Shown: positions 50,124 to 61,704, counted from the stretch's first letter. The stretch: 64,000 nt of DNA from Nannocystis bainbridge (GCF_028368995.1 NZ_JAQNDL010000001.1:2176001-2240000), one strand, 5' to 3'. Notes: a model not told the origin generated them from the sequence alone. Translations and numbers: made by a program.

Positions 50124-52829
50124 ATGACCGCGCGCGCACCCACGACCCTCGGTGAACCCGACGACCTCGTGCTCGAGCCGTCCGCCCGGGCCCTGCTCAG
50201 CGCCCTCGTGCGCGAGCTCGACGGCTGGACGAGCGAGCGCGCGCCCGGCCGCGAGTGGCTGCGCCTGGCCATGCCGGTCCAGGGCGGCGCGATCGAGGTC
50301 CCGCTGGCGCGGCCGTTCGGCGTCGGCCGGATCGCCGGCGGTCAGGCCCGCTGGCGCGACGCCGCCGGCGCCAGCGAGCCGCTGCCGCTCGCCCGCCTGG
50401 TCGCCCGCCTGGTCGAAGAGCCAGCCGTCGCCGCCGCGCTCGGCCTGTCCTCCGGGCCAGGTCTCGATCGCTTCGTCGCCCGCGTGCGCGCCAGCGCGGC
50501 CAACCTCGAGGCCACCGTCAGCGCGCGCGCGGCCGACCTCGACGTCCTGTTCAGCGAGCCGCTCGGCTTCATCGCCGCCGAGCAGGGCCTGCTGCTCGGC
50601 CACTCGGTCCACCCGGCCCCGCGCCTGCGCGAGGGGCTCGGCGACGGCGACGACGACCTCGTGCCCGAGCTGCGCGGGCGCACGCCGCTGTGCGTGTGGG
50701 CGGTCCGGCGCGAGCGGCTGCTCCACGGCGGCGACGAGGCACCATCCCTGCTGGCGCGCCTGGTCGCCAGCGACCCGGCGTGGGCGGCCCAGGCCGACAC
50801 CGTCGGGCCCGAGTTCGTGCTGCTGCCGCTGCACCCGCTGCAGCACCGCGCGCTGCTCGACGATCCCTCGCTCGAAGCCGGTCGCCGGCGCGGCGAGCTC
50901 GTCCCGCTCGGTCCGCTCGGCGGCGCGTGGTCGGTGACCTCGTCGCTGCGCACGCTGCACCGCGACGGCGCGCCGTTCATGCTCAAGCAGTCGCTGCCGG
51001 TGCGGCTCACCAACTCGCGCCGGACCCTGTCGCTGGCCGAGCTCGACCGCGGCCTGCTGCTCGGGCGCGTGCTCGGCGACACCGACGCCCCGCTGCCGCT
51101 TCACCCCGACTTCCACATCCTGCGCGAGCCGGCGTGGTTCGGCCTGCGCGACGATCAGAATCAACCTGGCCCTTCGGTCAGCTTCTTCGCCCTGCGCGAC
51201 AACCCGTTCCGCGAAGGCCAACCGGCCGAGATGCTGGCGACCCTGCTGCAGGACGATCCCCGCAGCGGCCGCAGCCGCCTCGCCGTCCGCCTCGAGCGGG
51301 CCGCCGCGCGCCTCGGCGTGCGCCCGATCGCCCTCGCCGAGGCGTGGTTCGTCCGCTTCCTCGCCGTCGCGTTCGCGCCGATCGTCGCCGCCCAGGCCGA
51401 GCTCGGCCTACTGCTCAGCGCCCACCAGCAGAACCTGGTGATCGGCTTCGCCGACGACGGCCTCACCCCGGCGCGCGCGTGGTTCCGCGACGCCCAGGGC
51501 ACCGCGTACACCGAGCTCGCGCTGCGCCGCCACGGCGAGCGCGTGCCCGGGCTCGAGCGGGCGGTGTTCCGCGCGCCGCTGGCCGAGCGCGTGTGGGCCT
51601 ACTCCGTCGTCATCAACGGCGTGTTCAACACCGTCGCCTCGCTGGCGATGATCCCCGGCCTCGACCAGGGCCTGCTGCTCGAGCACCTGCGCGCTTGCCT
51701 GCAGGGGCTGCGCGCCGCGGCGCCCGCCGACCCGCGCGCGATCGACTACCTGCTGCGCTCGCCCGAGCTGTGGACCAAGGCCAATGCGCGCTGCTTCGCC
51801 GGCGGCGTCGACGAGGTCTCGCTCGCCGACCCGCTCACGATCTACCGCCCGATCGCAAACCCGCTGCACCGCGCGCCCGTCGACTCGCCCGCGCCGACCT
51901 CCGGCCGCGCCGCCGATCTCGACGGCGACGTCCAGGTCGAGCTCACCCAGCTCGCGCCGTCGCGGTTCACCGGCCACGTCGACGGCGCCCGGCCCTTCAC
52001 GCTCGACCTCGCCGACGATCACGCGACGATCGCGTGGGAACAGTTCGACCCACGCGCGCGCGACCTGGTGAGCGACCGCCTGTTCACCGGCCGCCTCGGC
52101 CTGCGCCACCTCGCGCATGTCCACGCGGAAGGGCGGGAGATCGTCGCCCGCGAGGCGTTTTATCAGCGCCCGCTGTGGCACCACCGCGGCGAATCACTGC
52201 CGGCGACCACGCCGCTCGTGCAGACCGGCGCGATCGTCCATCCCCTGCGCCAGGACGACGGCGAGTCCCTGCTCTACCGCCGCCACTGCGCCGCCATCGA
52301 TCGCACCTTCAGCCTGCGGCGCTTCGATCTGTCGCGCGACCTCGACCTGTTCTGCGCCTGGATGAACGACCCGGTGGTCGCGAAATTCTGGGAGCAGGCC
52401 TGGCCGCGCGCGCAGCTGCTCGACTACATCGAGCAGCGGCAGGCCGACCCGCACACGATCCCCGCGATCGGCTGGTTCGACGAGCGGCCGGTCGCCTACT
52501 ACGAGATCTACTGGGCCAAGGAGGACCGCCTCGGCCCGCACTACGCGGCCGACGACTTCGACCGCGGGTTCCACATGGCGATCGGCGACCCCGAGGTGCG
52601 TCACCGCGGCTGGGGTCGGCAGTGGTTCCTCTCGATGGCGCACTACCTGTTCCTCGACGACCCGCGGACGCAGCGGCTGGTCGGCGAGCCGCGCGTCGAT
52701 CAGGCCCGCGTGCGCAACTGGGCCAACTCCACCCCGTGGGAGGAGTGGGGCGAGGTCCACTTCCCGCACAAGACCGCCGTGCTGATGGTGCTCTCCCGCG
52801 AGCGCTTCTTCGCCACCTTCGAGGGCTGA
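50124..52829 (+). CDS. iucA: IucA/IucC-family NIS synthetase fused to a C-terminal IucB/AlcB-type N-acyltransferase
   Basis: EQGLLLGHSVHP, LHPLQ, TSSLRT, LTNSRR, AHQQN, FRDAQG; then WMNDP.V..FW, EIYWAKED, DRGFH, LDDPRT..VGEP, FPHK. Confidence 0.9.
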   Translation: MTARAPTTLGEPDDLVLEPSARALLSALVRELDGWTSERAPGREWLRLAMPVQGGAIEVPLARPFGVGRIAGGQARWRDAAGASEPLPLARLVARLVEEPAVAAALGLSSGPGLDRFVARVRASAANLEATVSARAADLDVLFSEPLGFIAAEQGLLLGHSVHPAPRLREGLGDGDDDLVPELRGRTPLCVWAVRRERLLHGGDEAPSLLARLVASDPAWAAQADTVGPEFVLLPLHPLQHRALLDDPSLEAGRRRGELVPLGPLGGAWSVTSSLRTLHRDGAPFMLKQSLPVRLTNSRRTLSLAELDRGLLLGRVLGDTDAPLPLHPDFHILREPAWFGLRDDQNQPGPSVSFFALRDNPFREGQPAEMLATLLQDDPRSGRSRLAVRLERAAARLGVRPIALAEAWFVRFLAVAFAPIVAAQAELGLLLSAHQQNLVIGFADDGLTPARAWFRDAQGTAYTELALRRHGERVPGLERAVFRAPLAERVWAYSVVINGVFNTVASLAMIPGLDQGLLLEHLRACLQGLRAAAPADPRAIDYLLRSPELWTKANARCFAGGVDEVSLADPLTIYRPIANPLHRAPVDSPAPTSGRAADLDGDVQVELTQLAPSRFTGHVDGARPFTLDLADDHATIAWEQFDPRARDLVSDRLFTGRLGLRHLAHVHAEGREIVAREAFYQRPLWHHRGESLPATTPLVQTGAIVHPLRQDDGESLLYRRHCAAIDRTFSLRRFDLSRDLDLFCAWMNDPVVAKFWEQAWPRAQLLDYIEQRQADPHTIPAIGWFDERPVAYYEIYWAKEDRLGPHYAADDFDRGFHMAIGDPEVRHRGWGRQWFLSMAHYLFLDDPRTQRLVGEPRVDQARVRNWANSTPWEEWGEVHFPHKTAVLMVLSRERFFATFEG

Positions 52830-52833
52830 CGAC

Positions 52834-54600
52834 GTGAACCCCGGCGAGACCTCCGAGTGGCAGGACCACGCCCGCCTGGCCGGCCGGCGCCGGCTGGCGC
52901 AGGCGATCGGCGAGCTCAGCTTCGAGGGGCTGCTGCACCCGCGTCCGCTCGGCGACGACCGCTGGGCGCTCGATCTGTCCGATGGGACATGTTATTCGTT
53001 CACAGGGCGGCCGAGCGCGTGGGGCGGGCTGCACGTCGAGGCCGACGGCATCACCCGCCGCGAAGGCGACGGCGACGAGCAACCGGCCGCCTCGCCGGTG
53101 CAGCTGATCCTCGACGCCCGGGCCGCGCTCGGGGTCGGCGCCGACGCGCTGGCCGAGTTCCTCGAGGAGCTCCACAACAGCCTGCTGGCCGAGACGGAGC
53201 AGTGCGCGCGCCTGGCCGAGCTGCGCGCGCCGCAGCTGGCCGCGCTGTCGGGCGCCGCGCTCGAGCAGCACCTCGACGGCCACCCCAAGCTGGTGGCGCA
53301 CCGCGGCCGCGTCGGCTGGGGCGTCGCCGATCTCGCAGCCTACGCGCCCGAGTCCGCCAGCCGCGTGCAGCTGCACTGGCTCGTCGTCGCGCCCGAGCTG
53401 GCCCGCTGCAGCGGCGCCGCCGGTCCGGGCCAGCTGCAGTTGGTCGACGAGAGCTGCGACGCCGAGGCCCGGGCCCGCCTGCTCGAGCAGCTGCACGCGC
53501 GCGCCCCCGGGCTCGCGCGCGGCGGCGTGCTGGTGCCGGTGCACCCGTGGCAATGGCAGCACCACCTGGCCGCCCAGTATATCGACGCGCTGACGCGCGG
53601 CGCGATCGTCTCGCTCGGCCGCTTCGGCGACGCCTACGCGCCGCGCCTCTCGATCCGCACCCTCGCCGACGCTTCGCGACCCGAGCGCGCCGACGTCAAG
53701 CTGGCGCTGACGATCCTCAACACCTCGTGCTGGCGCGGCCTGCCCGGCGAGCACATCGAGCAGGGCGTCGGCATCGGCGCGGCGCTGCGGCGGCGCGTCG
53801 CCGGCGATCCTCTGCTGCACGGCGTGCACGTGCTCGCCGACCTCGGCGGCGTGCACGTGCCGCAGCCCGAGTTCGAGGCCCTCGGCGCCGCGCCCTACCG
53901 CCTGCGCGAGCAGCTGGGGGCGCTGTGGCGCGAGAGCGCGACGGCTCGCCTCGGCGCCGACGAGCGCGAGGTCGCGGCCGCGGCGCTGCAGCAGACCGAC
54001 CTCCGCGGCGAGCCGCTGCTGCGCACATGGGTCGAGCAGAGCGGCGCCTCGATCACGGCGTGGTTGACCGCGCTGTTCGAGCGCACCGCGGCGCCGCTCT
54101 ATCACTTGCTGTGCCGCCACGGCATCGGCGTGATCGCCCACGGGCAGAACCTCGGGCTGGTGCTGCGCGCGGGAATGCCGACGGCGATCCTGCTGCGCGA
54201 CGTGCACGGCGACGTGCGCCGGGTGGCCGACGACCGCTTCGATCACGAGCCGGCGCTGCGCGGGCTCAAGGCGCTGCCGGCCGGCCAGATCGTGCACGAC
54301 CTCTACACCGGCTATTTCGTCAGCGTGCTGCGGTTCGTCGCGCCGCTGTGCGAGCGCAGCTTCGGCCTGCCGGAGCGCGAGTTCCTGCGGCTGCTGTCCG
54401 CGGTGCTCGCCGCCTACTGTGATTCGGTGCCGCACGAGGCGACGGCGCGCTTCGATCTGTTCCGTCCGGAGATGGAGCGGATCTGCCTCAACCGCGCCCG
54501 TCTGCGGATCGGCCACGGCGGCGGCGCCACGCGCCCGCTGCCCGCGCTCGGTCCGCCGCTGCATAACCCGTTGGTGAGGGAGGTGGACGATGAACGATGA
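52834..54600 (+). CDS. iucC: IucA/IucC-family NIS synthetase (IucC-like)
   Basis: GHPKLVAHRGRVGW, VHPWQW, SIRT, LNTS, HGQN. Confidence 0.9.
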   Translation: MNPGETSEWQDHARLAGRRRLAQAIGELSFEGLLHPRPLGDDRWALDLSDGTCYSFTGRPSAWGGLHVEADGITRREGDGDEQPAASPVQLILDARAALGVGADALAEFLEELHNSLLAETEQCARLAELRAPQLAALSGAALEQHLDGHPKLVAHRGRVGWGVADLAAYAPESASRVQLHWLVVAPELARCSGAAGPGQLQLVDESCDAEARARLLEQLHARAPGLARGGVLVPVHPWQWQHHLAAQYIDALTRGAIVSLGRFGDAYAPRLSIRTLADASRPERADVKLALTILNTSCWRGLPGEHIEQGVGIGAALRRRVAGDPLLHGVHVLADLGGVHVPQPEFEALGAAPYRLREQLGALWRESATARLGADEREVAAAALQQTDLRGEPLLRTWVEQSGASITAWLTALFERTAAPLYHLLCRHGIGVIAHGQNLGLVLRAGMPTAILLRDVHGDVRRVADDRFDHEPALRGLKALPAGQIVHDLYTGYFVSVLRFVAPLCERSFGLPEREFLRLLSAVLAAYCDSVPHEATARFDLFRPEMERICLNRARLRIGHGGGATRPLPALGPPLHNPLVREVDDER

Positions 54601-55882
54601 GATCGATCTCGCAGGCGTGGGCGTCGGGCCCTTCAACCTCAGCATCGCGGCGCTCGCCGACGAGCTGCCCGAGCTGCGAGCCCGCTTCTTCGAGAAGCGC
54701 GAGCGGTTCGCCTGGCACCCGGGCCTGTTGTTCCGCGGCTCGCGGATGCAAACTTCTTTCTTGAAGGACCTGGTGACGGCGGTCAGCCCGACCAGCGCGC
54801 ACTCCTTCATCAACTACCTGGTCCAGCACGGCCGCTTCCACGCGTTCCTGGCCGCAGACAGCTCGGCGATCGAGCGGCTCGAGTTCGCGGACTACCTCGG
54901 CTGGGTGGCGAGCCGGCTGTCGTCGCTGCGCTTCGGCGTCGAGGTCCGCGACGTCGTGCCGGTGCCCGGCGGCTTCGAGCTGCGCCACGACCACGACCGC
55001 ACGCGCACGCGTCACGTGGTCCTCGGGACAGGTCGCGTCCCCGCCATCCCCGAGTGCGCGCGGGCCCACCTCGGGCCGCGCTGCTTCCACGCGATCGACA
55101 TCCTCGCGCGCCCGCTCGAGCTGCGCGGGGCCCGGGTCGCCGTGGTCGGCGGCGGCCAGACCGGCGCCGAGGTGGTGCTCGAGCTGCTGCGCGGCAGCTG
55201 GGGCGAGATCGCCGAGCTGAGCTGGGTCTCGCGCCGCCTCAACTTCGAGCCGCTCGACGAGAGCCCGTTCACCAACCACCTGTTCACGCCCGGCTTCGTC
55301 GCCGCTTTCCACGAGCTCGACCGCCCGCGCCGGCAGTCGCTGCTGGCCCGCCACAAGCTGGCCGGCGACGGCATCTCGCTGTCGACCCTGCGCGAGCTGC
55401 ACGACCGCGTCTACCAGCTCACCGCCCTGCGCGCCGGCCCGCGGGTCGAGCTGCTGCCGGGCCGCGAGCTGGAGTCGCTGAGCCCGCGCGGGTCCGGCTT
55501 CGAGCTGCACACCCGCAACAACCTCGACGGCGAGCACGAGGAGGTCGCCGCCGACACGGTGATCCTCTGCACCGGTCTGCGCGAGCACCTGCCGCCGTGC
55601 ATCGAGTCGCTGCTGCCCGCGCTCGAGCGCGACGAGCACGGCGGCCTGCAGGTCGACGCCAACTTCGTGCTGCGCCGCCAGGCCGCCGGCGACGGCCGGC
55701 TCTACATCGTCAACGGCGGCCGCTCGACCCACGGGATCGCCGAGTCGCAGCTCAGCCTGATGGCCTGGCGCTCCGCCGTGATCCTCAACGACGTGCTCGG
55801 CCGGCGCCGCTTCGCCGTCGAGCAGGAGCGCGAGCTGGTGCGCTGGCGCGCCCGCCCGCGCGCGGACGCGAGGTCGCGATGA
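54590..55882 (+). CDS. iucD: L-lysine N6-monooxygenase (IucD/PvdA family)
   Basis: GVGVGPFNLS, WHPGL, MQTSFLKDLV, VVGGGQTGAE, ILCTG, LSLMAWRS. Confidence 0.92.
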   Translation: MNDEIDLAGVGVGPFNLSIAALADELPELRARFFEKRERFAWHPGLLFRGSRMQTSFLKDLVTAVSPTSAHSFINYLVQHGRFHAFLAADSSAIERLEFADYLGWVASRLSSLRFGVEVRDVVPVPGGFELRHDHDRTRTRHVVLGTGRVPAIPECARAHLGPRCFHAIDILARPLELRGARVAVVGGGQTGAEVVLELLRGSWGEIAELSWVSRRLNFEPLDESPFTNHLFTPGFVAAFHELDRPRRQSLLARHKLAGDGISLSTLRELHDRVYQLTALRAGPRVELLPGRELESLSPRGSGFELHTRNNLDGEHEEVAADTVILCTGLREHLPPCIESLLPALERDEHGGLQVDANFVLRRQAAGDGRLYIVNGGRSTHGIAESQLSLMAWRSAVILNDVLGRRRFAVEQERELVRWRARPRADARSR

Positions 55883-57729
55883 GCGAAGCTCCGCACGAGC
55901 CGGGCGCCCTCGAGGTCGCGGGCGAGGCCCTGCGCGAGCCGGGCTCCCGCGGACTCGCGGGCGAGGCCTCGCGCGAGCCGGGCTCGATCGAGGCGGTCGA
56001 ACTCCCCCGCGAACCCGACGCTCTCGAATTCACAGCAGGCGACGCGCCCCCGCGGGGCGCCCCCGCGCCGAACCTGCCCGACGCCCCGCGCAAGCTGGGC
56101 GCGCGCGCGCAGTTCGGCCTGGTCGTGTTCGCCGGCCTCGGCGCCGTCCTGCTCACCTGGGCGCTCGCGCGCTTCTGGCCCGACTCCCCGGCCGAGCGCG
56201 CCACCGTCGCCAGCGTCGCCTTCATCCCGATCTGGACCCTGCTCGCCCTCGCCCTGCTCGCCTGGCGGCGCCGCGCCCCTGCGGGCTCCGGTCGGCGGCG
56301 CCTGTTCGCCGTCCACCGCGGCCTCGGCGGCGCGCTCGCGCTCGCGGGCGTGCTGACCTTCGGCTCGGGCGTCGGCGCCGTGCTCGACCGCGCCCTCGCG
56401 CGCTGGCAGGTCGTGCACGCGGCCGCGAGCGACGTCCCGCCGGTCCACGAGCAGCCGATCGACGGCGTCCTGGCCGGCCTGCTGGAGGCCCAGCCGGCCC
56501 TGGTCCGCGGCGAAATCTCGATCCACCCCGCCGGCCCCGAGCACCCGTGGATCGAGGTCGTCTACTTCGGCCCCACGCGCGTCCCGGTCCGCGTCGATTT
56601 CGACCCCCGCAGCGGCGCCCCGATCGCCGAGGGACGCGGCCCGCTGTGGGTCGTGCGCGACCTGCACCGCCAGCTCCTGACCCAACCCTTGCTCGGCGAG
56701 ACCGTGCTCGGCCTGCTCGGGTTCGCCCTCGCGCTGATCCTCTGCACCGGCCTGGCCACCCGCCGCGACTGGCTGCGCAACCTGGTCCGCCGGCGCCGCC
56801 CGGCCCAGCCGCTGGCGATGCGCATGCACCAGTGGGTCGGCTTCTTCACCCTGCCCGCCGCGCTGCTGTGGGCCTGGACCGGCGCCCTGCTCGGCCTGAC
56901 CCTGATCGTCGTCCCGATCGTCGGCGGCGCAGCCTATGGCGGCGACCGGGCCGCCTTGATGCGCGACGTGCTCGCCAGCGATCGCCCGCCGCTGGTCGAC
57001 GCCCCGGCCCCGCGGCCCGACCTCCAGCGCTTGCTCGCGGCCCGCTGCCCCCTGATCGACGCCCACCTCCCCGAGGCCGAGGTCCACCAGCTGCGCGTGC
57101 GTCACCCCGGTCTCGCCAGCGGCACCGTGCGCATCGATCTCGAGGGCGACGGCCTGCTGCAGCGCGGCTCCTTCACCCGCGACGCTGACGGCGGCCTGCG
57201 GGACTGTCGCGCCCTGCCGGCGGCCGGCCCCGGCCTGCAGGCCTTCCTCGCCTCGATCGCGCTGCACTACGGCGAGTGGGGCCCCGGGTGGCTGGTCGAC
57301 CTCGCCTACGTCCTGCTCGGCGCCGGCCTCGTGGCCCTGTCGTGGCTCGGCGGGCTCCTGCTGGCCCGCCGGCGCGAGAAGGGCGGCGAGGCCCGCTCCG
57401 CCGAGCGCCTGCGTCGCTGGCTCGCCGGCCTCGGCTACGGCCTGCCGCTGGCCACCGGCGCCCTGCTGCTGCTGTCGCGCGTCCCGGCGCTGGCGCGGGC
57501 CGAGGACGTGGCGCTGCGCGTGTTCCTGGCGGTGCTCGTGCTGGCGCTGCTGCTCGCGCGGATCTTCGCCCGCGCCCCCGCGCTGCTGCACACCGCCCTC
57601 GTGGCCCTGCTCGCCGCCGTCCCGCTCGTCGGCTGGATCGCCGCCGGCGTGGTCCCGGGCGCGGTCGAAGCGGTGCTGGTGATCCTCGCCGCGGCCCTCG
57701 TCGGCCTGCACCGCCGCCGTCCCGCCTGA
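55879..57729 (+). CDS. PepSY-associated TM-helix (iron-uptake/ferrisiderophore reductase-type) membrane protein
   Basis: LFAVHRGLG, DLHRQL, MHQWVGFFTLP, ALHYGEWG; many TM helices; ATGA overlap with iucD. Confidence 0.8.
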   Translation: MSEAPHEPGALEVAGEALREPGSRGLAGEASREPGSIEAVELPREPDALEFTAGDAPPRGAPAPNLPDAPRKLGARAQFGLVVFAGLGAVLLTWALARFWPDSPAERATVASVAFIPIWTLLALALLAWRRRAPAGSGRRRLFAVHRGLGGALALAGVLTFGSGVGAVLDRALARWQVVHAAASDVPPVHEQPIDGVLAGLLEAQPALVRGEISIHPAGPEHPWIEVVYFGPTRVPVRVDFDPRSGAPIAEGRGPLWVVRDLHRQLLTQPLLGETVLGLLGFALALILCTGLATRRDWLRNLVRRRRPAQPLAMRMHQWVGFFTLPAALLWAWTGALLGLTLIVVPIVGGAAYGGDRAALMRDVLASDRPPLVDAPAPRPDLQRLLAARCPLIDAHLPEAEVHQLRVRHPGLASGTVRIDLEGDGLLQRGSFTRDADGGLRDCRALPAAGPGLQAFLASIALHYGEWGPGWLVDLAYVLLGAGLVALSWLGGLLLARRREKGGEARSAERLRRWLAGLGYGLPLATGALLLLSRVPALARAEDVALRVFLAVLVLALLLARIFARAPALLHTALVALLAAVPLVGWIAAGVVPGAVEAVLVILAAALVGLHRRRPA

Positions 57730-57870
57730 GCGCCGGCGCCGAAATCCATCGCTCACGCCTCGACATCGGCCGTGAGCGCTGGCGATCGCCGTCCCGTCTG
57801 AGCGCCGGCGGCGAAATCCATCGCTGCACGCCTCGACATCGACGCCCGCGAGCGCTGGCGATCGCCGCGG
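57727..57870. repeat. Two-copy direct repeat of about 70 bp after the siderophore operon
   Basis: TGAGCGCCGGCG.CGAAATCCATCGCT..CACGCCTCGACATCG at about 57727 and 57798. Confidence 0.7.
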
Positions 57871-58029
57871 CTCTCCGACCCGCGCGCACAGCCCTCTGCG
57901 GGCCGACGTGGACCGACGCGCACGCGCGGCCACCCACCCTGATTCCCCGCGCGGCCCGGGCGCCGCCTGGCGGCGCGTTCGGCGAATAGTTGCGCCATCG
58001 GGGCCATGCATGGCAAGCCGGCTTGCGAC

Positions 58030-59154
<1,125 letters not shown>

Positions 59155-59161
59155 GCCCCAC

Positions 59162-60712
59162 GTGACCGCCGACCACACGTCCCCCTCCGACCCCGCCGAC
59201 GCGAGAGCCCCCTCCGCGTCGGCGGCCGCCGTTTCGCCCCCGACGTCCGCGAGCGGCCTCGACCCGACCGCTTCGACCCCAGCGATCCGAAGCGCCGCGG
59301 GCTCGCCGGGTGACCCCGATCCGTCCGCCTCGTCGGCCCCGCCCGAACTCGATTTCGCCCGCACCACCGCCCTCGTCATCGGCGCCGGCGCCAGCGGCCG
59401 GGCCGCCGCCGAGCTGCTGGTGTTCCTCGGCGCTCGCGTCCGCCTCTACGACCAGAACCCTGACGCCACCGTGCCCGCCGGCGTCGAGCCGGTCCTCGGC
59501 GCCGCCGAATTGCCCGCCGAGGCCTTCGCCGGGCTCGGCCTCATGATCCTGAGCCCCGGCGTCCCGCCCGCCCGCTTCCGCGACGCCCAGCGACGCTGGG
59601 CCCCGCAGGCCCGGGTCCACGGCGAGATGAGCCTGAGCCTGGCGATCGCCGCGGCCCGCTTCGGCCGCCTGCCGACCGTCCTCATCACCGGCACCAACGG
59701 CAAGAGCACCGTCACCGCCCTCACCGGCGCCCTGCTCGAGGCCGGCGGCCTGAAGCCGTTCGTCGGCGGCAACCTCGGCGTCCCGCTGGCCGCCGCCCTG
59801 CTGGGCCTCCTGCGCGCCCGCGCCCCCGCGCCCGACGCCCTCGTGCTCGAGTGCTCGAGCTTCCAGCTCGAGACCCTCGAGCACGCCGCCACCGACGTGG
59901 CGATGGTCCTCAACATCACCCCCGACCACCTCGACCGCTACCCCGGCCTCGACGACTACGCCGCCACCAAGGCGCGCGTGTTCACCGGCCTGGGCCCGGA
60001 CGGCCTGGCCCTGCTCGACGCCGGCGACGGCTTCACGTCGTTCCTGCGCGCCCGCGTCGGCGCCGGCCGGCTCGTGCTCGTCGACGACCCCGACGGCGCG
60101 CGCCTCCTCGGACCTGGCCCCGGGGACAGCCTCGTCCTCCCGGACGGCGAGACCTTCGCCCGCCGGGCCCTGCCGATCCCCGGCCGCCACAACAGCAAGA
60201 ACGCCCTGTTCGCCCTGCTCGCCGCCCGCCGGCTCGGCGTCGACCACGACGCCTGCGTGCGCGGCCTGGAGGGCTTCCACGGCCTGCCGCACCGCATGAC
60301 CTTCGTCCGCGAGCGCGCCGGCGTCCGCTTCTACGACGACTCCAAGGCGACCAACGTCGCCAGCGTGCTCGCCAGCCTCGACGGCTTCGACCGCCCGGTC
60401 GTCCTCATCGCCGGCGGCCGGGCCAAGGGCGACGATCTCACGCCCCTGCGCGCCCTGCTGGGCCGCAGCGGCCGCGCCCTGGTCGCCATCGGCGAGTCGG
60501 CCGACGCCTTTTACCCCCTCGCCGACGGCCTCGTGCCGGCGCGCCGGGCGAACTCCATGGCCGAGGCCGTCGAGCTCGCGGCCGCGCTCGCCGGCCCGGG
60601 CGACGCCGTGGTCCTCTCGCCGGCGTGTGCCAGCTACGACTGGTTCAAGAATTACGGCGAACGCGGCGACACCTTCGCCCGCCTGGTGCGGGCGCTGCCT
60701 GCGGAGAAGTGA
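59162..60712 (+). CDS. murD: UDP-N-acetylmuramoyl-L-alanine--D-glutamate ligase
   Basis: SPGVP, ITGTNGKSTVT, ECSSFQLE, DHLDRY, DDSKATN, LSPACASYD. Confidence 0.96.
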   Translation: MTADHTSPSDPADARAPSASAAAVSPPTSASGLDPTASTPAIRSAAGSPGDPDPSASSAPPELDFARTTALVIGAGASGRAAAELLVFLGARVRLYDQNPDATVPAGVEPVLGAAELPAEAFAGLGLMILSPGVPPARFRDAQRRWAPQARVHGEMSLSLAIAAARFGRLPTVLITGTNGKSTVTALTGALLEAGGLKPFVGGNLGVPLAAALLGLLRARAPAPDALVLECSSFQLETLEHAATDVAMVLNITPDHLDRYPGLDDYAATKARVFTGLGPDGLALLDAGDGFTSFLRARVGAGRLVLVDDPDGARLLGPGPGDSLVLPDGETFARRALPIPGRHNSKNALFALLAARRLGVDHDACVRGLEGFHGLPHRMTFVRERAGVRFYDDSKATNVASVLASLDGFDRPVVLIAGGRAKGDDLTPLRALLGRSGRALVAIGESADAFYPLADGLVPARRANSMAEAVELAAALAGPGDAVVLSPACASYDWFKNYGERGDTFARLVRALPAEK

Positions 60713-60724
60713 TACACCGCCCGC

Positions 60725-61582
60725 ATGCGGCTCGACAGCGTGCGCGGCAACACCCAGAGGCTCGACGGCGGCGCGATGTTCGGCAACGTCCCGCGGCCCC
60801 TGTGGCAGCGCTGGGCCCCGCCTGACGACCTCAACCGGATCTCCCTGGCCTGTCGCTGCCTGCTCGTCCGCGACGACCGCGGCCGCACGATCCTCTTCGA
60901 GGCCGGCATCGGCGCCTTCTTCGAGCCCAAGCTGCGCGAGCGCTTCGGCGTCGTCGAGTCGGAGCACGTCCTCCTCGACTCGCTGGCCGCCCTCGGCGTC
61001 GGGCCCGACGACATCGACATCGTCGTGCTCTCGCACCTCCACTTCGATCACGCCGGCGGCCTGCTCACCACCTGGTCCGAAGGACAGGCGCCGGCCCTGG
61101 TATTCCCGCGCGCCAGCTACGTCGTCGGCGAGGACGCCTGGCAGCGCGCGCTGCACCCCCACCCGCGCGACCGGGCCTCGTTCATCCCCGGCCTCACCGA
61201 CTTGCTCCTCGCCACGGGTCGGCTCGAGCGCGTGAGCGGCGACCGCAGCGAGCTGCTCGGGCCCGGCTACACCTTCACGGTCTCCAACGGTCACACACCG
61301 GGGCTGCTGCTCGCACGCATCGAGACACCGCGGGGCGCCGTCACCTTCATGGGCGATCTCGTGCCCGGCGTCCCGTGGGTCCACCTGCCGATCACCATGG
61401 GCTACGACCGCTTCCCGGAGCTCCTCATCGACGAGAAGGAGGCCCTGCTGGCCCGGATCCTCGCCGACGACGGCACCGTCTTTTACACCCACGATCCAGA
61501 TGTCGCGGCCAGCAAGCTGACCCGCGACGCCCATGGCAAGTTCACCGCGACATCCATGGTCAGCGAGCTCCACTGGGCCTGA
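60725..61582 (+). CDS. MBL-fold metallo-hydrolase (YtnP-like)
   Basis: [30 protein letters not shown]. Confidence 0.92.
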   Translation: MRLDSVRGNTQRLDGGAMFGNVPRPLWQRWAPPDDLNRISLACRCLLVRDDRGRTILFEAGIGAFFEPKLRERFGVVESEHVLLDSLAALGVGPDDIDIVVLSHLHFDHAGGLLTTWSEGQAPALVFPRASYVVGEDAWQRALHPHPRDRASFIPGLTDLLLATGRLERVSGDRSELLGPGYTFTVSNGHTPGLLLARIETPRGAVTFMGDLVPGVPWVHLPITMGYDRFPELLIDEKEALLARILADDGTVFYTHDPDVAASKLTRDAHGKFTATSMVSELHWA

Positions 61583-61704
61583 CACCGCTGTCACATTCGC
61601 GGTGGCAGAGGTCGGTATTTTAAGTTCGCGCCATCGTCGAGGGCGGGCGCGTCGCCCGGACACATGCCCGAGACGGCCGGCGAACCGACCGCCGCGGGGT
61701 TTCA

